Assembly (NCBI GenBank): GCA_963666975.2
Contig: CAXVYR010000004.1
Location: forward strand, 2,042,283-2,106,282
Direction: 5' to 3'
Length of the DNA stretch: 64,000 bases
Origin: Terriglobia bacterium
Lineage (GTDB): Bacteria; Acidobacteriota; Terriglobia; 2-12-FULL-54-10
The stretch's first letter is position 1. Every line of letters starts with the position of its first letter. This document shows, one piece after another, positions 37,755 through 47,950 of this stretch. Below the pieces are notes generated by a model, which ran no database searches, was not told where the DNA came from, and saw nothing but the letters and a program-made list of their open reading frames with translations. The translations under genes and the position numbers were made by a program.

Positions 37755-38466
37755 ATAGTGGACCAATAACCGGGGGCAGGTCATGGTGGAGCAGCGTGCT
37801 GATCCCCATCGTATTTCTGTTTTCCGCCATCGTCTCCGGAATCGCGCTGGTACTGGTCATTTATCTATTGTCAGGCCTGGTGCGCAAAATCCTGGACATG
37901 GCTTGCCTGGATAAGCTGGCCATGTTTCCTTTCTATGCCCTGGTTGTGGATTTCTCTTTGGAAATTCTGGATTTCGTCCACTGGCTCTATGAGGCGGAAG
38001 AATCCATACAGATTCTCTCTCAGATGATCGCCAGCCGCCTGTTCCTCAGCCTGGTGGTGTTGCAGGCGCTGCTCGGCACCATGTTTCCGCTGGTCTGTCT
38101 GGCGCTGGTGGGCCCGGTCTTTGGGAGCCGCGCAATCGTTCAGGTCCCGGGAGAGCTCCGGAGGCTTCTCTACCTTGTGGCCGCCGTGCTGATACAGGTT
38201 GGCATATTCAGCACTCGCTGGAACGTGGTGATCGGAGGCCAATTGTTCTCGAAAAGCCTCCGCGGGCTGACCGTCTATAAGATGGAATTGCTGGGGGCTG
38301 GAAGGTTTCTTTATGTCCGCGCTGCTGCTGCTGGCGCCGTTTGTTTTACTCTATATCTTCGTTAAAATCCTGCCGCCTTGGATGGAAGACGCTGCCTAGC
38401 AGGTTGTTATCTACCGTGTCCGAGCCGACGCCGCGATGTCCAAACAGCCCGTGTGGACTCCCGTTA

Positions 38467-39768
38467 CTAACTGTCTTTTTTTACTTTTTCATTCTCGCGG
38501 ATGTAGAAATAGAGGCTGAACACAACTATCAGGATAAACAACGTGGAGACTGCCAGACCCTTCCGGCGCGACTGGACCTCCGCCAACTTCTCCCTGCCTT
38601 GTTCGGTGGCACGGGCCGCGACTTCGAGCCCCTGGCTGATCTGGCCGGCGACGCGCTCCACATCCAGGCTGTGAATCTCCGTGCGGGCCATGATCCAGTG
38701 GCTGTGCGCGGCGGTCAACTCGGCGGTGGCTACGCTCACTTCCATTCCCGCGCGGTCGGCCTGTTCCAGCGTTTCCCGCGCGAGCTGTATTTCTCCGCTT
38801 AGCTTGACAATCTGGTCCGCCATCACCTTGGCCCTTTCGGCTCCGCCATCGTCCGGGGCATGGCAGCCGAGGCAGATGCTCTCCGGGCCGGGAGCCAGCA
38901 TCTGCTCATTGGTCCGCAGGATGGCATGATTGCTATGGCAGCCGACGCAGCCGGGCACGCCCATGAGGTCAAAGACGGCCTGATGCGGGCTGTTTGCGAA
39001 CAATTCCTGGTTGTTCGCGTGGCATGTGCCGCAGACATCCGCAACCGAGCGCACGCCCGGCGGAGTCGCTCCATGACTGCCGTGACAGGTGACGCAGGTG
39101 GGCGCGGAGAGATCTTCCTGGACGGTCAGAGCCTCGTAATGCACGCTCTGCTCGTAGTCGGCCACCTGGGTGTGTCCCGGAAGCTGGTAACTTCCCATGT
39201 ATTGGTCGTTGCTGTGACACCGGCTGCAGGTCTCGGGGATATTCAACGGGTAGACAGGGGCGGTGGGGTCTGAGACCAGCTTGATGTCATGAACGCTGTG
39301 GCAGTCGATGCACGTGGCCACTTGCTGGTCCCCCTGACGCAGTAGTTGTCCGTGCTGGCTGGTTCTGTACTGGGCCACATGGTCGGTGCGCACCGAGGGA
39401 TTGAAGTTGTGCATGTAAGTGGCGTCGCTGTGGCAGCGGCCGCAGAAGGACGGAATCTGCCGGCGCGAGGGTCTTCCCCGGAAGCCTTTCGCAGGATTCA
39501 TGGCAACCTGCATGTCCATGCTGGTGGGGTCTCCCCCGTGGCAAGAGGCGCAGGTCAGTCCCTTCTCGGCATGGATGTCCTCGGAAAACGGTTTGGTGGG
39601 AGTGGACAGCCCGCCCCCCAATCCGGAATGGCAGGTCAGGCAGGTGTTGGTTGCCGCTGGCCTCTCGATCGGCGGTTCGTCCTGTCCCCCTGCGGAAACC
39701 GGCAGAAGAACGCAGGCGAGCAGAAGCAAAGCAGACAGTGTGAACCGAGATGGTTTAATCAGCCACAT
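38467..39768 (-). CDS. Nonaheme c-type cytochrome with C-terminal coiled coil and membrane anchor
   Basis: Nine CxxCH motifs: CLTCH, CASCH, CGRCH, CIDCH, CSRCH, CVTCH, CGTCH, CVGCH and CLGCH. Signal peptide. C-terminal TM LAVSTLFILIVVFSLYFYI. ATG at 39768 overlaps the upstream ORF end. Confidence 0.85.
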   Translation of the reverse strand: MWLIKPSRFTLSALLLLACVLLPVSAGGQDEPPIERPAATNTCLTCHSGLGGGLSTPTKPFSEDIHAEKGLTCASCHGGDPTSMDMQVAMNPAKGFRGRPSRRQIPSFCGRCHSDATYMHNFNPSVRTDHVAQYRTSQHGQLLRQGDQQVATCIDCHSVHDIKLVSDPTAPVYPLNIPETCSRCHSNDQYMGSYQLPGHTQVADYEQSVHYEALTVQEDLSAPTCVTCHGSHGATPPGVRSVADVCGTCHANNQELFANSPHQAVFDLMGVPGCVGCHSNHAILRTNEQMLAPGPESICLGCHAPDDGGAERAKVMADQIVKLSGEIQLARETLEQADRAGMEVSVATAELTAAHSHWIMARTEIHSLDVERVAGQISQGLEVAARATEQGREKLAEVQSRRKGLAVSTLFILIVVFSLYFYIRENEKVKKDS

Positions 39769-40018
39769 AAGAAACAATCGTCATCACCACGATAAAAATT
39801 ACAGCCCCGATGCCGATCCACTGGAAGATACGGCTCCCTCGGCCCTGTTGCTGGCTCCGGTCCAGGAAAGGAACCGCCACCCACAACAAACCCGCAAGGG
39901 AAAAGGCGAGAATCCCGATGACTTCGCCTTCGAAGCTGAAGATTTCAGCCGGGATATATTTCAGCGTTTGAAACATGAACAGGAAATACCATTCGGGACT
40001 GCTGGAGGAAGGATGCAA
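39755..40018 (-). CDS. Cytochrome b C-terminal domain / subunit-IV-like fragment (probably 5'-truncated)
   Basis: PEWYFLFMFQTLKYIP signature and two TM helices. Only a TTG start with no visible RBS. No Rieske or cytochrome b6 gene lies upstream. Confidence 0.55.
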   Translation of the reverse strand: MHPSSSSPEWYFLFMFQTLKYIPAEIFSFEGEVIGILAFSLAGLLWVAVPFLDRSQQQGRGSRIFQWIGIGAVIFIVVMTIVSYVAD

Positions 40019-40283
40019 ACTGGAATTGGAAGCGACGGCTGTACTCTAAATTTGTTCCGCCGTTCCATTGGCCCCAGAAATCCGAAAATTTTTTCTACCG
40101 CTCGGAGGGCTCTTCCATTACACTTTATAACCTTTTAGATTTAAGGATCGTCCTGAGTGGCGGGAGAGGAATTCGGAGGAAGTTGCTTTCCCCCTATGAC
40201 GGCCTGCACGGCTCCATCTGCAGGAAGTGTACGTGGTCATTGCCTGACAACAAATCTTCTATTGTGAAAGGCTGTTCGCAACT

Positions 40284-42350
40284 ATGGAAAACCTGGTTTC
40301 TTTGACACCCTACGCAGGGCTGCTTGGTCTGGGGATCGCCCTCGTCCTGTATCTGCTGATGGTTCGACAGCCGACCGGCACCGACCGGATGCGGGAGATT
40401 GCCGACACGATCCATACGGGAGCGATGGCGTTCTTGAAGCGGGAATACAGCATCCTGGCTCTGTTCGTCCTGCTGGTCGGCGGGCTTCTCGCCTGGAGCC
40501 TCAACGTCCAGACGGCGATATGCTTTTTCAGCGGGGCCATCTGTTCCGTCCTGGCCGGGGTGATTGGCATGAAGGCAGCGACCAAGGCCAACGTTCGCAC
40601 GACGGAGGCGGCCCGCTCCCAGGGAGAAGGCGCGGCTCTGCTGATCTCCTTTGACGGCGGCGCCGTCATGGGGCTTGCCGTGGCCAGCCTCGGGTTGCTG
40701 GGGCTGGGTATTTTCTATTCGTTTTATGGTGATCCGACCACCTCAACCTATCTGAGCGGATTCGCAATGGGGGCCAGCACCATTGCTTTGTTTGCCCGCG
40801 TCGGCGGAGGGATATTCACGAAGGCCGCCGACGTCGGCAGCGACCTGGTTGGGAAGGTCGAGGCAGGCATCCCGGAGGATGATCCGCGCAACCCCGGCGT
40901 GATCGCCGACAACGTGGGAGACAATGTGGGCGACGTTGCCGGGATGGGCGCCGATATCTTCGAGTCCTACGTGGGCTCCATCGTGGCCACCATCGCCATT
41001 GCGGCTACCCTGGCGGCGGAGGACGTGGGAATGCTGGCCGAGTCCGGCAGCGGCGGCCTCTCCTCGACCGCTCTCCTGATGGCATTCCCGCTGGTGCTGG
41101 CCGGGATCGGCCTGTTTGCTTCCTTGATCGGAATCGCCGCCATGCGCGTGCTCAAGAATTTTGGGCCCGCCGGCGCGCTGCGCAACTCCACCTTTATGGC
41201 AGCGGCTCTTTTCCTGGGCGGCTCTTATTTTTTGGTGCAAAGTTCCCCGGTCAACACCAACGTCTTCTGGGCGGTCGTTGCCGGAGTCGTCGGAGGGATC
41301 TCCATCGGCCTGCTCACCGAATACTACACTTCCGGCAGCCCGGTCCGGCGAATTGCAGAGGCGTCGCGAACCGGCTCCGCAACGAACATCATCGGGGGGC
41401 TGGCTGTCGGGATGCAAAGCTGCGCCCTCCCGGCCTTGACCATTTGTGCGGTCATATATACCGCCAACCTCACGAGCGGACTCTACGGAATTGGAATCGC
41501 TGCGGTGGGCATGCTGGCGACCGTCGGCATCACCATGAGCGTGGACGCCTACGGACCGGTCGCCGACAACGCCGGCGGCATCTCGGAGATGAGCGGCCTC
41601 GGGCCGGAGGTGCGGAAGATTACCGACAAGCTCGACTCGCTCGGCAACACCACGGCGGCCATCGGCAAAGGTTTCGCCATCGGCTCGGCGGCGCTCACGG
41701 CGTTGGCTCTGTTTTCAGCCTATACCCAGGCGATTGATTACGTGAGGGGAAACCACAACCTTCCTCCCCTGCAACTGGAAATCACCGACGCCCGTCTGGT
41801 GATTGGACTCTTTATCGGGGGCACATTGCCCTTCCTGATTGCGGCGATGACCATGACCAGCGTCGGCCGCGCGGCGGGCAAGATGGTGGAAGAGATCCGC
41901 CGCCAATTCCGGGAGATCAAAGGCTTGCTCGAAGGCGACCCCAATGCCAAGCCCGATGCCGCCCGCTGCGTGGACATCGCCACCACGGCGGCGCTTCGGG
42001 AAATGATCGCGCCGGGAGTGACGGCGGTGACCGCTCCGCTGCTGGTGGGGTACCTGCTGGGTCCGGAAGCGCTGGGCGGGATGCTGGCCGGGGCCACCGT
42101 CACCGGCGTGCTGCTGGCCTTGATGATGGCCAACGCTGGAGGCGCCTGGGACAACGCCAAGAAGCTGATCGAAAAGGGAGAGCTCGAAGGGGAAAAGAAA
42201 GGAACCGAAGCTCACAAGGCAGCCGTTGTAGGCGATACGGTCGGCGATCCCTTCAAGGACACTTCCGGCCCCTCCATGAACATCCTGATCAAGCTCATGT
42301 CGATTGTGTCGCTGGTAACGGCTCCGCTGATCGCGCTGGTGGGAAGCTAG
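40284..42350 (+). CDS. hppA: Membrane-bound proton/sodium-translocating pyrophosphatase
   Basis: 688 aa. [28 protein letters not shown] and [22 protein letters not shown]. Confidence 0.95.
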   Translation: MENLVSLTPYAGLLGLGIALVLYLLMVRQPTGTDRMREIADTIHTGAMAFLKREYSILALFVLLVGGLLAWSLNVQTAICFFSGAICSVLAGVIGMKAATKANVRTTEAARSQGEGAALLISFDGGAVMGLAVASLGLLGLGIFYSFYGDPTTSTYLSGFAMGASTIALFARVGGGIFTKAADVGSDLVGKVEAGIPEDDPRNPGVIADNVGDNVGDVAGMGADIFESYVGSIVATIAIAATLAAEDVGMLAESGSGGLSSTALLMAFPLVLAGIGLFASLIGIAAMRVLKNFGPAGALRNSTFMAAALFLGGSYFLVQSSPVNTNVFWAVVAGVVGGISIGLLTEYYTSGSPVRRIAEASRTGSATNIIGGLAVGMQSCALPALTICAVIYTANLTSGLYGIGIAAVGMLATVGITMSVDAYGPVADNAGGISEMSGLGPEVRKITDKLDSLGNTTAAIGKGFAIGSAALTALALFSAYTQAIDYVRGNHNLPPLQLEITDARLVIGLFIGGTLPFLIAAMTMTSVGRAAGKMVEEIRRQFREIKGLLEGDPNAKPDAARCVDIATTAALREMIAPGVTAVTAPLLVGYLLGPEALGGMLAGATVTGVLLALMMANAGGAWDNAKKLIEKGELEGEKKGTEAHKAAVVGDTVGDPFKDTSGPSMNILIKLMSIVSLVTAPLIALVGS

Positions 42351-42394
42351 ATTTTCGGAAGCTAAGTTTTCGGAAACTAGGTTTTATGTCAATC

Positions 42395-42421
42395 CGGGAG
42401 GTCTTCACTGGGGACCTCCCG
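42395..42421 (+). terminator. Rho-independent terminator candidate after hppA
   Basis: Stem CGGGAGGTC/GACCTCCCG followed by a T-rich TTCTTGTCTGTT. Confidence 0.55.
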
Positions 42422-42710
42422 TTCTTGTCTGTTGCCGAATAACCTAGCGGTCCTGTTAAACTCTCCGTCGCCCTTCTCTGGCCGGTTAAAAAAGCGCCCC
42501 GCTAAAATGCATCCGGAACTTGTCCGTTTTTTCACTTCTTTTCTGGAACAAGAGCAGTATCCTTGTGGGATAGAATTGTCATGATCCCCGTCAGCAAGAA
42601 CCGGGAAGGAGCGGCTGGTTGCGCCCGGAAAAGACAAGAGGAACAAAGTAAACTGTATTCTTGTGCGCTGCTTGGACCGGCCTCAACAGCGCCAAGGGAA
42701 AGAAGGCGGC

Positions 42711-43262
42711 ATGAACCGTAACGTTACTCTTCTGTTGGTGTTGGTCCTCGCCCTTGCGGCGCCACTCGCTGTTCAACTCACGGCTCAACGCACTGTTCAA
42801 CAGCGCAGCGAAACCGTGGAGGTGACCGTGGAAGATTTGGTGGCGACCCCGGTCGGCGTCAGCATCACCCTGCGCGCTCCGGATTCCTCGGACCGCATTC
42901 GCATGCTCATCGGCGTTTCCGAGGGCCGCTCTATTGCGCGGGCCATGCGCGGCCGGAAATCGTCGCGTCCGATGACTCACGACTTGTTCAAAGAGTTTCT
43001 GGATCGCAACGGCTGGAAGGTTCAAAAAGTTTTGATCCGCGACTTGGCATTGGGCACCTTCCTGGCCGACCTGACCTTGGAAAAGGACCGCGAGACGCAG
43101 GTCTATGACGCGCGGCCAAGCGACGCCATGGCCATTGCGCTCCGCTACGGCGCGAAGATCTACGTCAGTAAACACGTCTTCAAGCAGCAACGGGAAGATG
43201 AGGAGCGGCAAGAAAAGCGCGTGAAACCGGATGCTTCCGAACCGGAGACCTTGAGACTATAA
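42711..43262 (+). CDS. Bifunctional nuclease (BFN/DUF151) family protein
   Basis: LIGVSEGRSIARAMRGRKSSRPMTHDLFKEFL...ARPSDAMAIALRYGAKIYV. N-terminal signal/TM. Confidence 0.8.
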   Translation: MNRNVTLLLVLVLALAAPLAVQLTAQRTVQQRSETVEVTVEDLVATPVGVSITLRAPDSSDRIRMLIGVSEGRSIARAMRGRKSSRPMTHDLFKEFLDRNGWKVQKVLIRDLALGTFLADLTLEKDRETQVYDARPSDAMAIALRYGAKIYVSKHVFKQQREDEERQEKRVKPDASEPETLRL

Positions 43263-43331
43263 GCAGCCTTTTGCCTTGCCGGAGCGGTTCTTCTGAACTC
43301 TATCTCCCGAATCCCTCTTCCTAGTAGAAAA

Positions 43332-44201
43332 TTAAGTCTCGCCGCGTTTCTGCCGCAACAAATCCCCGGCTTTTTTAGCGGCATCGTAGACAAGCTGGCC
43401 CATCTTGGGAGGAGACGGCTCGAAGTCCGCTTGAATCCCGTACTCCAGCAAAGCCTCGCTCGTAACCGGTCCGATGGAGGCCACCACGGAGCGATCCAGG
43501 CCCCGGCGCACTTGGTCTTCGGCGCTGCTCCGGGAAGCCACCTGCATCAGGTTGCGAATCTGCTGGGCGCTGGTCACCAGCAGCACGTCGATCTTTCCGC
43601 CGGCAATCTCGCCGATGGCGCGTTCCAGCGGCGCTGTGTCTTCCGGAAGCGCCCACTGGTAGACGGGCACCTGGCGCACCTCGGCTCCGCGCGCCTCCAG
43701 ACCCTCAACCAATTCATGGTTCGGCACCCCGTACTCCTGCATGGCGATGCGCTTTCCAGCAAGCGGGATGGGTGGCTGGTACGTGTCGAGAGTTTTCAAG
43801 ATGTCGCGCCAAGTGTTCGGTTCCGGAACCAGGATTGTAATAGGGACTCCAACCTCGCGGAGCACCGCCGTAGGCTTGGGTCCACGGGCGACCACGACAA
43901 CCCGGGAAAGAGCCTCCACCAGTTTCTCGCGGGGATATTTCGTTTCCACAGCGCCGAACAGAATCCGTGTGCCGACTCCTGTGAGAAAGATCACCACATC
44001 CAGCTTCCCTGCGAAAAGCTCTTCGGCGAAGGCCAGAGCATCGGGGTTTTCTTTCAGAGGAATCTCGCGCATGGAGGGCGCGCTGACGGCCACGCCCCCG
44101 TGGTTCACAATCAATTGAGCCATCTGCCCGGCCCGGCGGCTCTCCAGCGAGAGTACTCGAAGCCCCTCGAGGCCCCTTTTTACCTGCTCAGCATCAGTCA
44201 C
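43332..44201 (-). CDS. hemD: Uroporphyrinogen-III synthase
   Basis: 289 aa with the two-lobed HemD pattern (VIFLTGVGTR..., LLVTSAQQIRNL). It is divergent from hemE. Confidence 0.75.
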   Translation of the reverse strand: MTDAEQVKRGLEGLRVLSLESRRAGQMAQLIVNHGGVAVSAPSMREIPLKENPDALAFAEELFAGKLDVVIFLTGVGTRILFGAVETKYPREKLVEALSRVVVVARGPKPTAVLREVGVPITILVPEPNTWRDILKTLDTYQPPIPLAGKRIAMQEYGVPNHELVEGLEARGAEVRQVPVYQWALPEDTAPLERAIGEIAGGKIDVLLVTSAQQIRNLMQVASRSSAEDQVRRGLDRSVVASIGPVTSEALLEYGIQADFEPSPPKMGQLVYDAAKKAGDLLRQKRGET

Positions 44202-44397
44202 AACAATCCATCCTTATAAAAACTCCGTAATGCCCCGCCGGATTCGGTCCGGCGCCGGCTCCCATTCTACAACTGACGGCGCTCCGTCGAGCGAAGCTTC
44301 TCCTTCCGGCGTCTTTGCCGAAAAGTCCGATGCGCGAGGCTGCCCGTGCTAGGATTATTAGCGCGGAAAAACTGCGGATTGTTGGAAAAGGGTTGGT

Positions 44398-45447
44398 ATG
44401 GATCAATCGGATTTGTTTCTAAAAGCCTGCCGCCGCCAGCCGGTGCCGCGCACGCCGGTCTGGTTCATGCGCCAGGCGGGCCGGTATATGAAGGAGTATC
44501 GCGAGTTGCGCGCCCGCCACTCCCTGTTGGAGTTGTGTCAGACACCGGAACTCGCCGCCCAAGTCACGCTCCAGCCGATTGAGAAGCTCGGCGTGGACGC
44601 GGCCATCATCTTTGCAGACTTACTGCTGCCCGCGCAGGCCATGGGAATGAAGCTGGAGTTTGTGGAGGGCGAAGGCCCGGTGCTCTCCGAGGCCGTGCGC
44701 ACAGCGGAAGCGGTTCGCAAATTGAGAAAGGTGAAAGACGGCGAACTTTCCTACGTGGCCGATACCATCCGCATCGTGCGCCGGGAATTGAACGGGAAGG
44801 TGCCTGTGATCGGATTCTCGGGCGCGCCCTTTACCGTGGCCAGCTACATGATCGAAGGCGGGGCGAGCCGAAATTTTGTCATGACCAAACAAATGATGTA
44901 CCAGCAGCCGAAAATCTGGCATGAATTGATGGGCAAGCTGGTTGAGGTTCTGAGCGATTTTTTGCGGAGCCAGGCGGATGCCGGAGCCGATGCGCTGCAA
45001 ATTTTCGACAGCTGGGTGGGCTGCCTCTGTCCGGAAGACTATCGCCTCTATGTGCTGCCGCATTCGCAACAGCTCCTTCGCAACGCAACGTCCTCCTCCC
45101 AGAAGACTCCCCTCATCCACTTTGGCACCGGGACCGCAACCCTGCTGGAGCTGATGCGGGAAGCCGGGGGCGACGTTATCGGAGCCGACTGGCGCATCGG
45201 CTTACAAGACGCATGGCAACGGGTGGGCCACGACGTCGCCATGCAAGGCAATCTGGACCCGGTGGTCTTGTTTGGTCCTCTGGAAAAGATTCGCGAGCAG
45301 GTGGAAAACATTCTGCGGGCCGCGGAAGGCCGTCCGGGCCATATTTTCAACCTCGGCCATGGAATTCTGCCGGAAACGCCGGTCGAGAACGTCCAGGCGG
45401 TTGTCGAGATGGTTCATCAGTTCCCCACCGGCGCTGCCAAAACTTGA
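44398..45447 (+). CDS. hemE: Uroporphyrinogen decarboxylase
   Basis: PVWFMRQAGRYMKEYRELR signature; 349 aa. Confidence 0.95.
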   Translation: MDQSDLFLKACRRQPVPRTPVWFMRQAGRYMKEYRELRARHSLLELCQTPELAAQVTLQPIEKLGVDAAIIFADLLLPAQAMGMKLEFVEGEGPVLSEAVRTAEAVRKLRKVKDGELSYVADTIRIVRRELNGKVPVIGFSGAPFTVASYMIEGGASRNFVMTKQMMYQQPKIWHELMGKLVEVLSDFLRSQADAGADALQIFDSWVGCLCPEDYRLYVLPHSQQLLRNATSSSQKTPLIHFGTGTATLLELMREAGGDVIGADWRIGLQDAWQRVGHDVAMQGNLDPVVLFGPLEKIREQVENILRAAEGRPGHIFNLGHGILPETPVENVQAVVEMVHQFPTGAAKT

Positions 45448-45464
45448 GCAAGCCATAACGAACG

Positions 45465-46439
45465 ATGTCTCAAAATCCCGTGTCTCCGAATCAGGCGCTT
45501 CAGCAACCTGCCGAACCGTTCACCGGAGTCCTGCTGCTCGCTCACGGCGGTCCGGACTCTATCGAAGACATTGAGCCTTTCCTTGCGAACATCCGCGGAG
45601 GAAAACCCTTCCCGCCCAAACTGCTGGAAGAGATCAAGCGCCGTTACCGGCTGATCGGAAGCCGGTCTCCTCTGCTGGAGCTTTCGCGCCGCCAGGCCGC
45701 AGCTCTCGAAAAAGAGCTGAACGCAACCGGAAAGCGCTTCCGTGTCTATCTGGGCATGCGAAACTGGCACCCCTTCATCCGGCAAACGATGGAAGAAATC
45801 GCCGCCGACGGGCTAAATCATCTGCTGGCGATGTGCCTGGCCCCGCAGAATTCAAAGATGAGCGTGGGACTCTATTTTAAGCGCGTGAGGGAAGCGCAAG
45901 AAGAAGTAGGGGTCAAGATACCCGCCACGTTTGTGGAAAGCTGGCACCGGGAACCGCTGCTGCTCGATGCGTTCGCGGAGAAGCTCCACAAAGCCCTGGC
46001 AGCGTTCCCCTCTGTGGAAGCGGAGGACGGGCCGCCTCTTGTGATCTTCACGGCTCACAGTTTGCCGGAGAAGGTGCTGGCGGAAGGCGACCCCTATGAC
46101 CGCGAAACCAAGGAGACCGCCGCCGCCGTGGCGGAGCAGGCGGGTCTCACAAACTGGCTGTTTGCCTACCAGAGCCAAGGAGCCACCGCCGATCCGTGGC
46201 TGGGCCCCACCGTGGAGTCCACCCTCGAGCGGCTTGCCGCCGAGGGGCGGAAGCGCGTGCTGATTGCTCCCATCGGTTTTGTCTCCGACCATGTGGAAAT
46301 CCTGTACGACATCGACATCGGCTTCCGGCAATTTGCGGAAGAGCGCGGAATCGACCTGCGCCGCATCGAATCGCTGAACGACAGCCCGGCATTTATTCGG
46401 GCCATGGCCTCGGTGGTGCAAAAGCATTGGAAGGAATAG
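45465..46439 (+). CDS. hemH: Ferrochelatase (possibly coproporphyrin ferrochelatase)
   Basis: 324 aa. GVLLLAHGGPDSIEDIEPFL, FTAHSLP and GFVSDHVEILYDID. Confidence 0.9.
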   Translation: MSQNPVSPNQALQQPAEPFTGVLLLAHGGPDSIEDIEPFLANIRGGKPFPPKLLEEIKRRYRLIGSRSPLLELSRRQAAALEKELNATGKRFRVYLGMRNWHPFIRQTMEEIAADGLNHLLAMCLAPQNSKMSVGLYFKRVREAQEEVGVKIPATFVESWHREPLLLDAFAEKLHKALAAFPSVEAEDGPPLVIFTAHSLPEKVLAEGDPYDRETKETAAAVAEQAGLTNWLFAYQSQGATADPWLGPTVESTLERLAAEGRKRVLIAPIGFVSDHVEILYDIDIGFRQFAEERGIDLRRIESLNDSPAFIRAMASVVQKHWKE

Positions 46440-46443
46440 CCGC

Positions 46444-47862
46444 TTGCAATCAGTCGCCATCATCGGAGGAGGAATCTCCGGTTTATCGGCAGCCTATTTT
46501 CTGGAGAAGCACGCGAAAGAAGCGGGAGCGGATATCTCCATCCACTTGATCGAAAGCCGCCCGCGACTGGGAGGCGTCATCGTCACGGAGCGCTCCGGCG
46601 GTTTCGTCCTGGAAGGCGGCCCGGACTCCTTTTTCACGCAAAAACCGGCGGCGATCGAACTCTGCCAGGCGCTGGGCTTGGCGGACCAGTTGATTCCGAG
46701 TAACGACCACCGCAGAAAAACCTATGTCCTGCAGCACGGAAAACTGGAGGAGCTGCCGGAAGGGATGTTCTTTCTGGTGCCCGCCAAAGTTTTGCCCGTT
46801 TTCCGCAGCAGGCTGCTCTCGGTGACGGGCAAGCTCCGCCTGATGCTCGAACCCATTCAGTCCCGGCTGGGCGGACAGGAAGATTTCTCCGTTTCAGATT
46901 TCGTATCGCACAGGCTCGGACGCCAAGTGCTGGAGCGCATTGCCGAGCCGCTGCTCTCCGCCGTTTACGGGGCCAACGTGGATTCGCTCAGCGCGCGCGC
47001 GGTGCTGCCGCAATTGCTGGCCTTGGAAGAGAAGCACGGAAGCCTCTGGAGAGGAATCCGGCAGGCGCGCCGCGCGCAAGCCCAGCGACAAACATCTGGT
47101 TCGCCGGGCAGCCTGTTCATGAGTCTCCGCAACGGCATCGGCGACATCATTCAAAGCCTGCAAACAAGCCTGACCAAAACCCGGGTGACGACGGAGAGAA
47201 AAGTTGAGAAAGTATTGCGAGACAACCCAGACTCCGCATTCCGTCTGCTGTGCCCGGATGGGGAACTGCAAGCCGAGGCTCTGATCCTGGCGACTCCCGC
47301 ACATGCGGCCGGAAAGATGCTCCACGAGATGGACGGCCGGCTGGCGGGAAAGCTCGAAGAGATTCCCTATCACTCCACCGTCACCGTGTCGCTCGGCTTT
47401 GACGAAAGGAAGTTCGGGCGGACGCTCGATGGATTCGGCTTTATTGTCCCGCGGGGCGAGGGGAAAAAGCTGATCGCCTGCACCTGGGTCTCCACCAAGT
47501 TTTCCTTTCGATGCCCGCCGGGACAGGTTCTGTTGCGCGGTTTCCTGGGAGGAGCCAGAGACCCTTCCGCCATTACGGAATCAGACGACCGGATCATCGA
47601 GACGACGCTTCGGGAAATATATGAGATCATGGGCGTGCGGGCCGAACCGCTTTTCACCCGCATTCACCGCTGGGAGAAATCCATGCCGCAATACAGCGTC
47701 GGACATCCACGACGGCTGGAAGAGATCGGAACGCTTGTATCCCGACATCCCGGGCTATTCCTGTCCGGCAACGGCTACCGGGGCATTGGCATGCCGGATT
47801 GTATTGCCTCCTCCTCGACGGCGGCCTCGGCTGCCGTCCACTACCTCCAGTCGCTTCGGTGA
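46444..47862 (+). CDS. hemY: Protoporphyrinogen/coproporphyrinogen III oxidase (HemY/CgoX type, FAD)
   Basis: VAIIGGGISGLSAAYFL dinucleotide fold; 472 aa; TTG start. Confidence 0.85.
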   Translation: MQSVAIIGGGISGLSAAYFLEKHAKEAGADISIHLIESRPRLGGVIVTERSGGFVLEGGPDSFFTQKPAAIELCQALGLADQLIPSNDHRRKTYVLQHGKLEELPEGMFFLVPAKVLPVFRSRLLSVTGKLRLMLEPIQSRLGGQEDFSVSDFVSHRLGRQVLERIAEPLLSAVYGANVDSLSARAVLPQLLALEEKHGSLWRGIRQARRAQAQRQTSGSPGSLFMSLRNGIGDIIQSLQTSLTKTRVTTERKVEKVLRDNPDSAFRLLCPDGELQAEALILATPAHAAGKMLHEMDGRLAGKLEEIPYHSTVTVSLGFDERKFGRTLDGFGFIVPRGEGKKLIACTWVSTKFSFRCPPGQVLLRGFLGGARDPSAITESDDRIIETTLREIYEIMGVRAEPLFTRIHRWEKSMPQYSVGHPRRLEEIGTLVSRHPGLFLSGNGYRGIGMPDCIASSSTAASAAVHYLQSLR

Positions 47863-47950
47863 AGAGGCTGCCGGCGATCCAGGAGACTTCCATTCCCTAT
47901 GGGAGCGCGGCGGAACTCTTTGAGACGTCTGTCCCCGTCCGAATTGGTAG

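Larger units (their letters stand above)
36529..37783 (+). mobile_element. IS3-family insertion sequence (1255 bp) with 4-bp TSD TGGT
   Basis: Ends are TGACCTGCCCCC...TTGGTCCA on the left and its inverted counterpart ...GGGGGCAGGTCA on the right. TGGT is duplicated at 36525-36528 and 37784-37787. The element carries orfA and orfB. Confidence 0.9.
36274..38399 (+). pseudogene. NrfD/PsrC-family quinol-interacting membrane subunit, disrupted by an IS3-family insertion and further lesions
   Basis: ITLLGIPSAFLLHGYVGFLFGSVKANPW ends at 36528. It continues as WSSVLIPIVFLFSAIVSGIAL from 37788 once the IS and one TSD copy are removed. FSTRWNVVIGGQ is near the C-terminus. There is an extra frame change at a G5 run (38293-38297) and a frame change at ~36400. 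Confidence 0.7.

Noticed and set aside
40019-40283. A search for the missing N-terminal part of cytochrome b/subunit IV upstream of the 87-aa ORF.
   Set aside because: All three minus-strand frames contain stops and no heme-ligand His/TM pattern. The region looks like the hppA promoter.
42351-42392. A tandem 17-bp near-repeat (TAGATTTTCGGAAGCTA / AGTTTTCGGAAACTAGG) after the hppA stop.
   Set aside because: There are only two imperfect copies, immediately before the terminator hairpin. This is insufficient to call a functional repeat.
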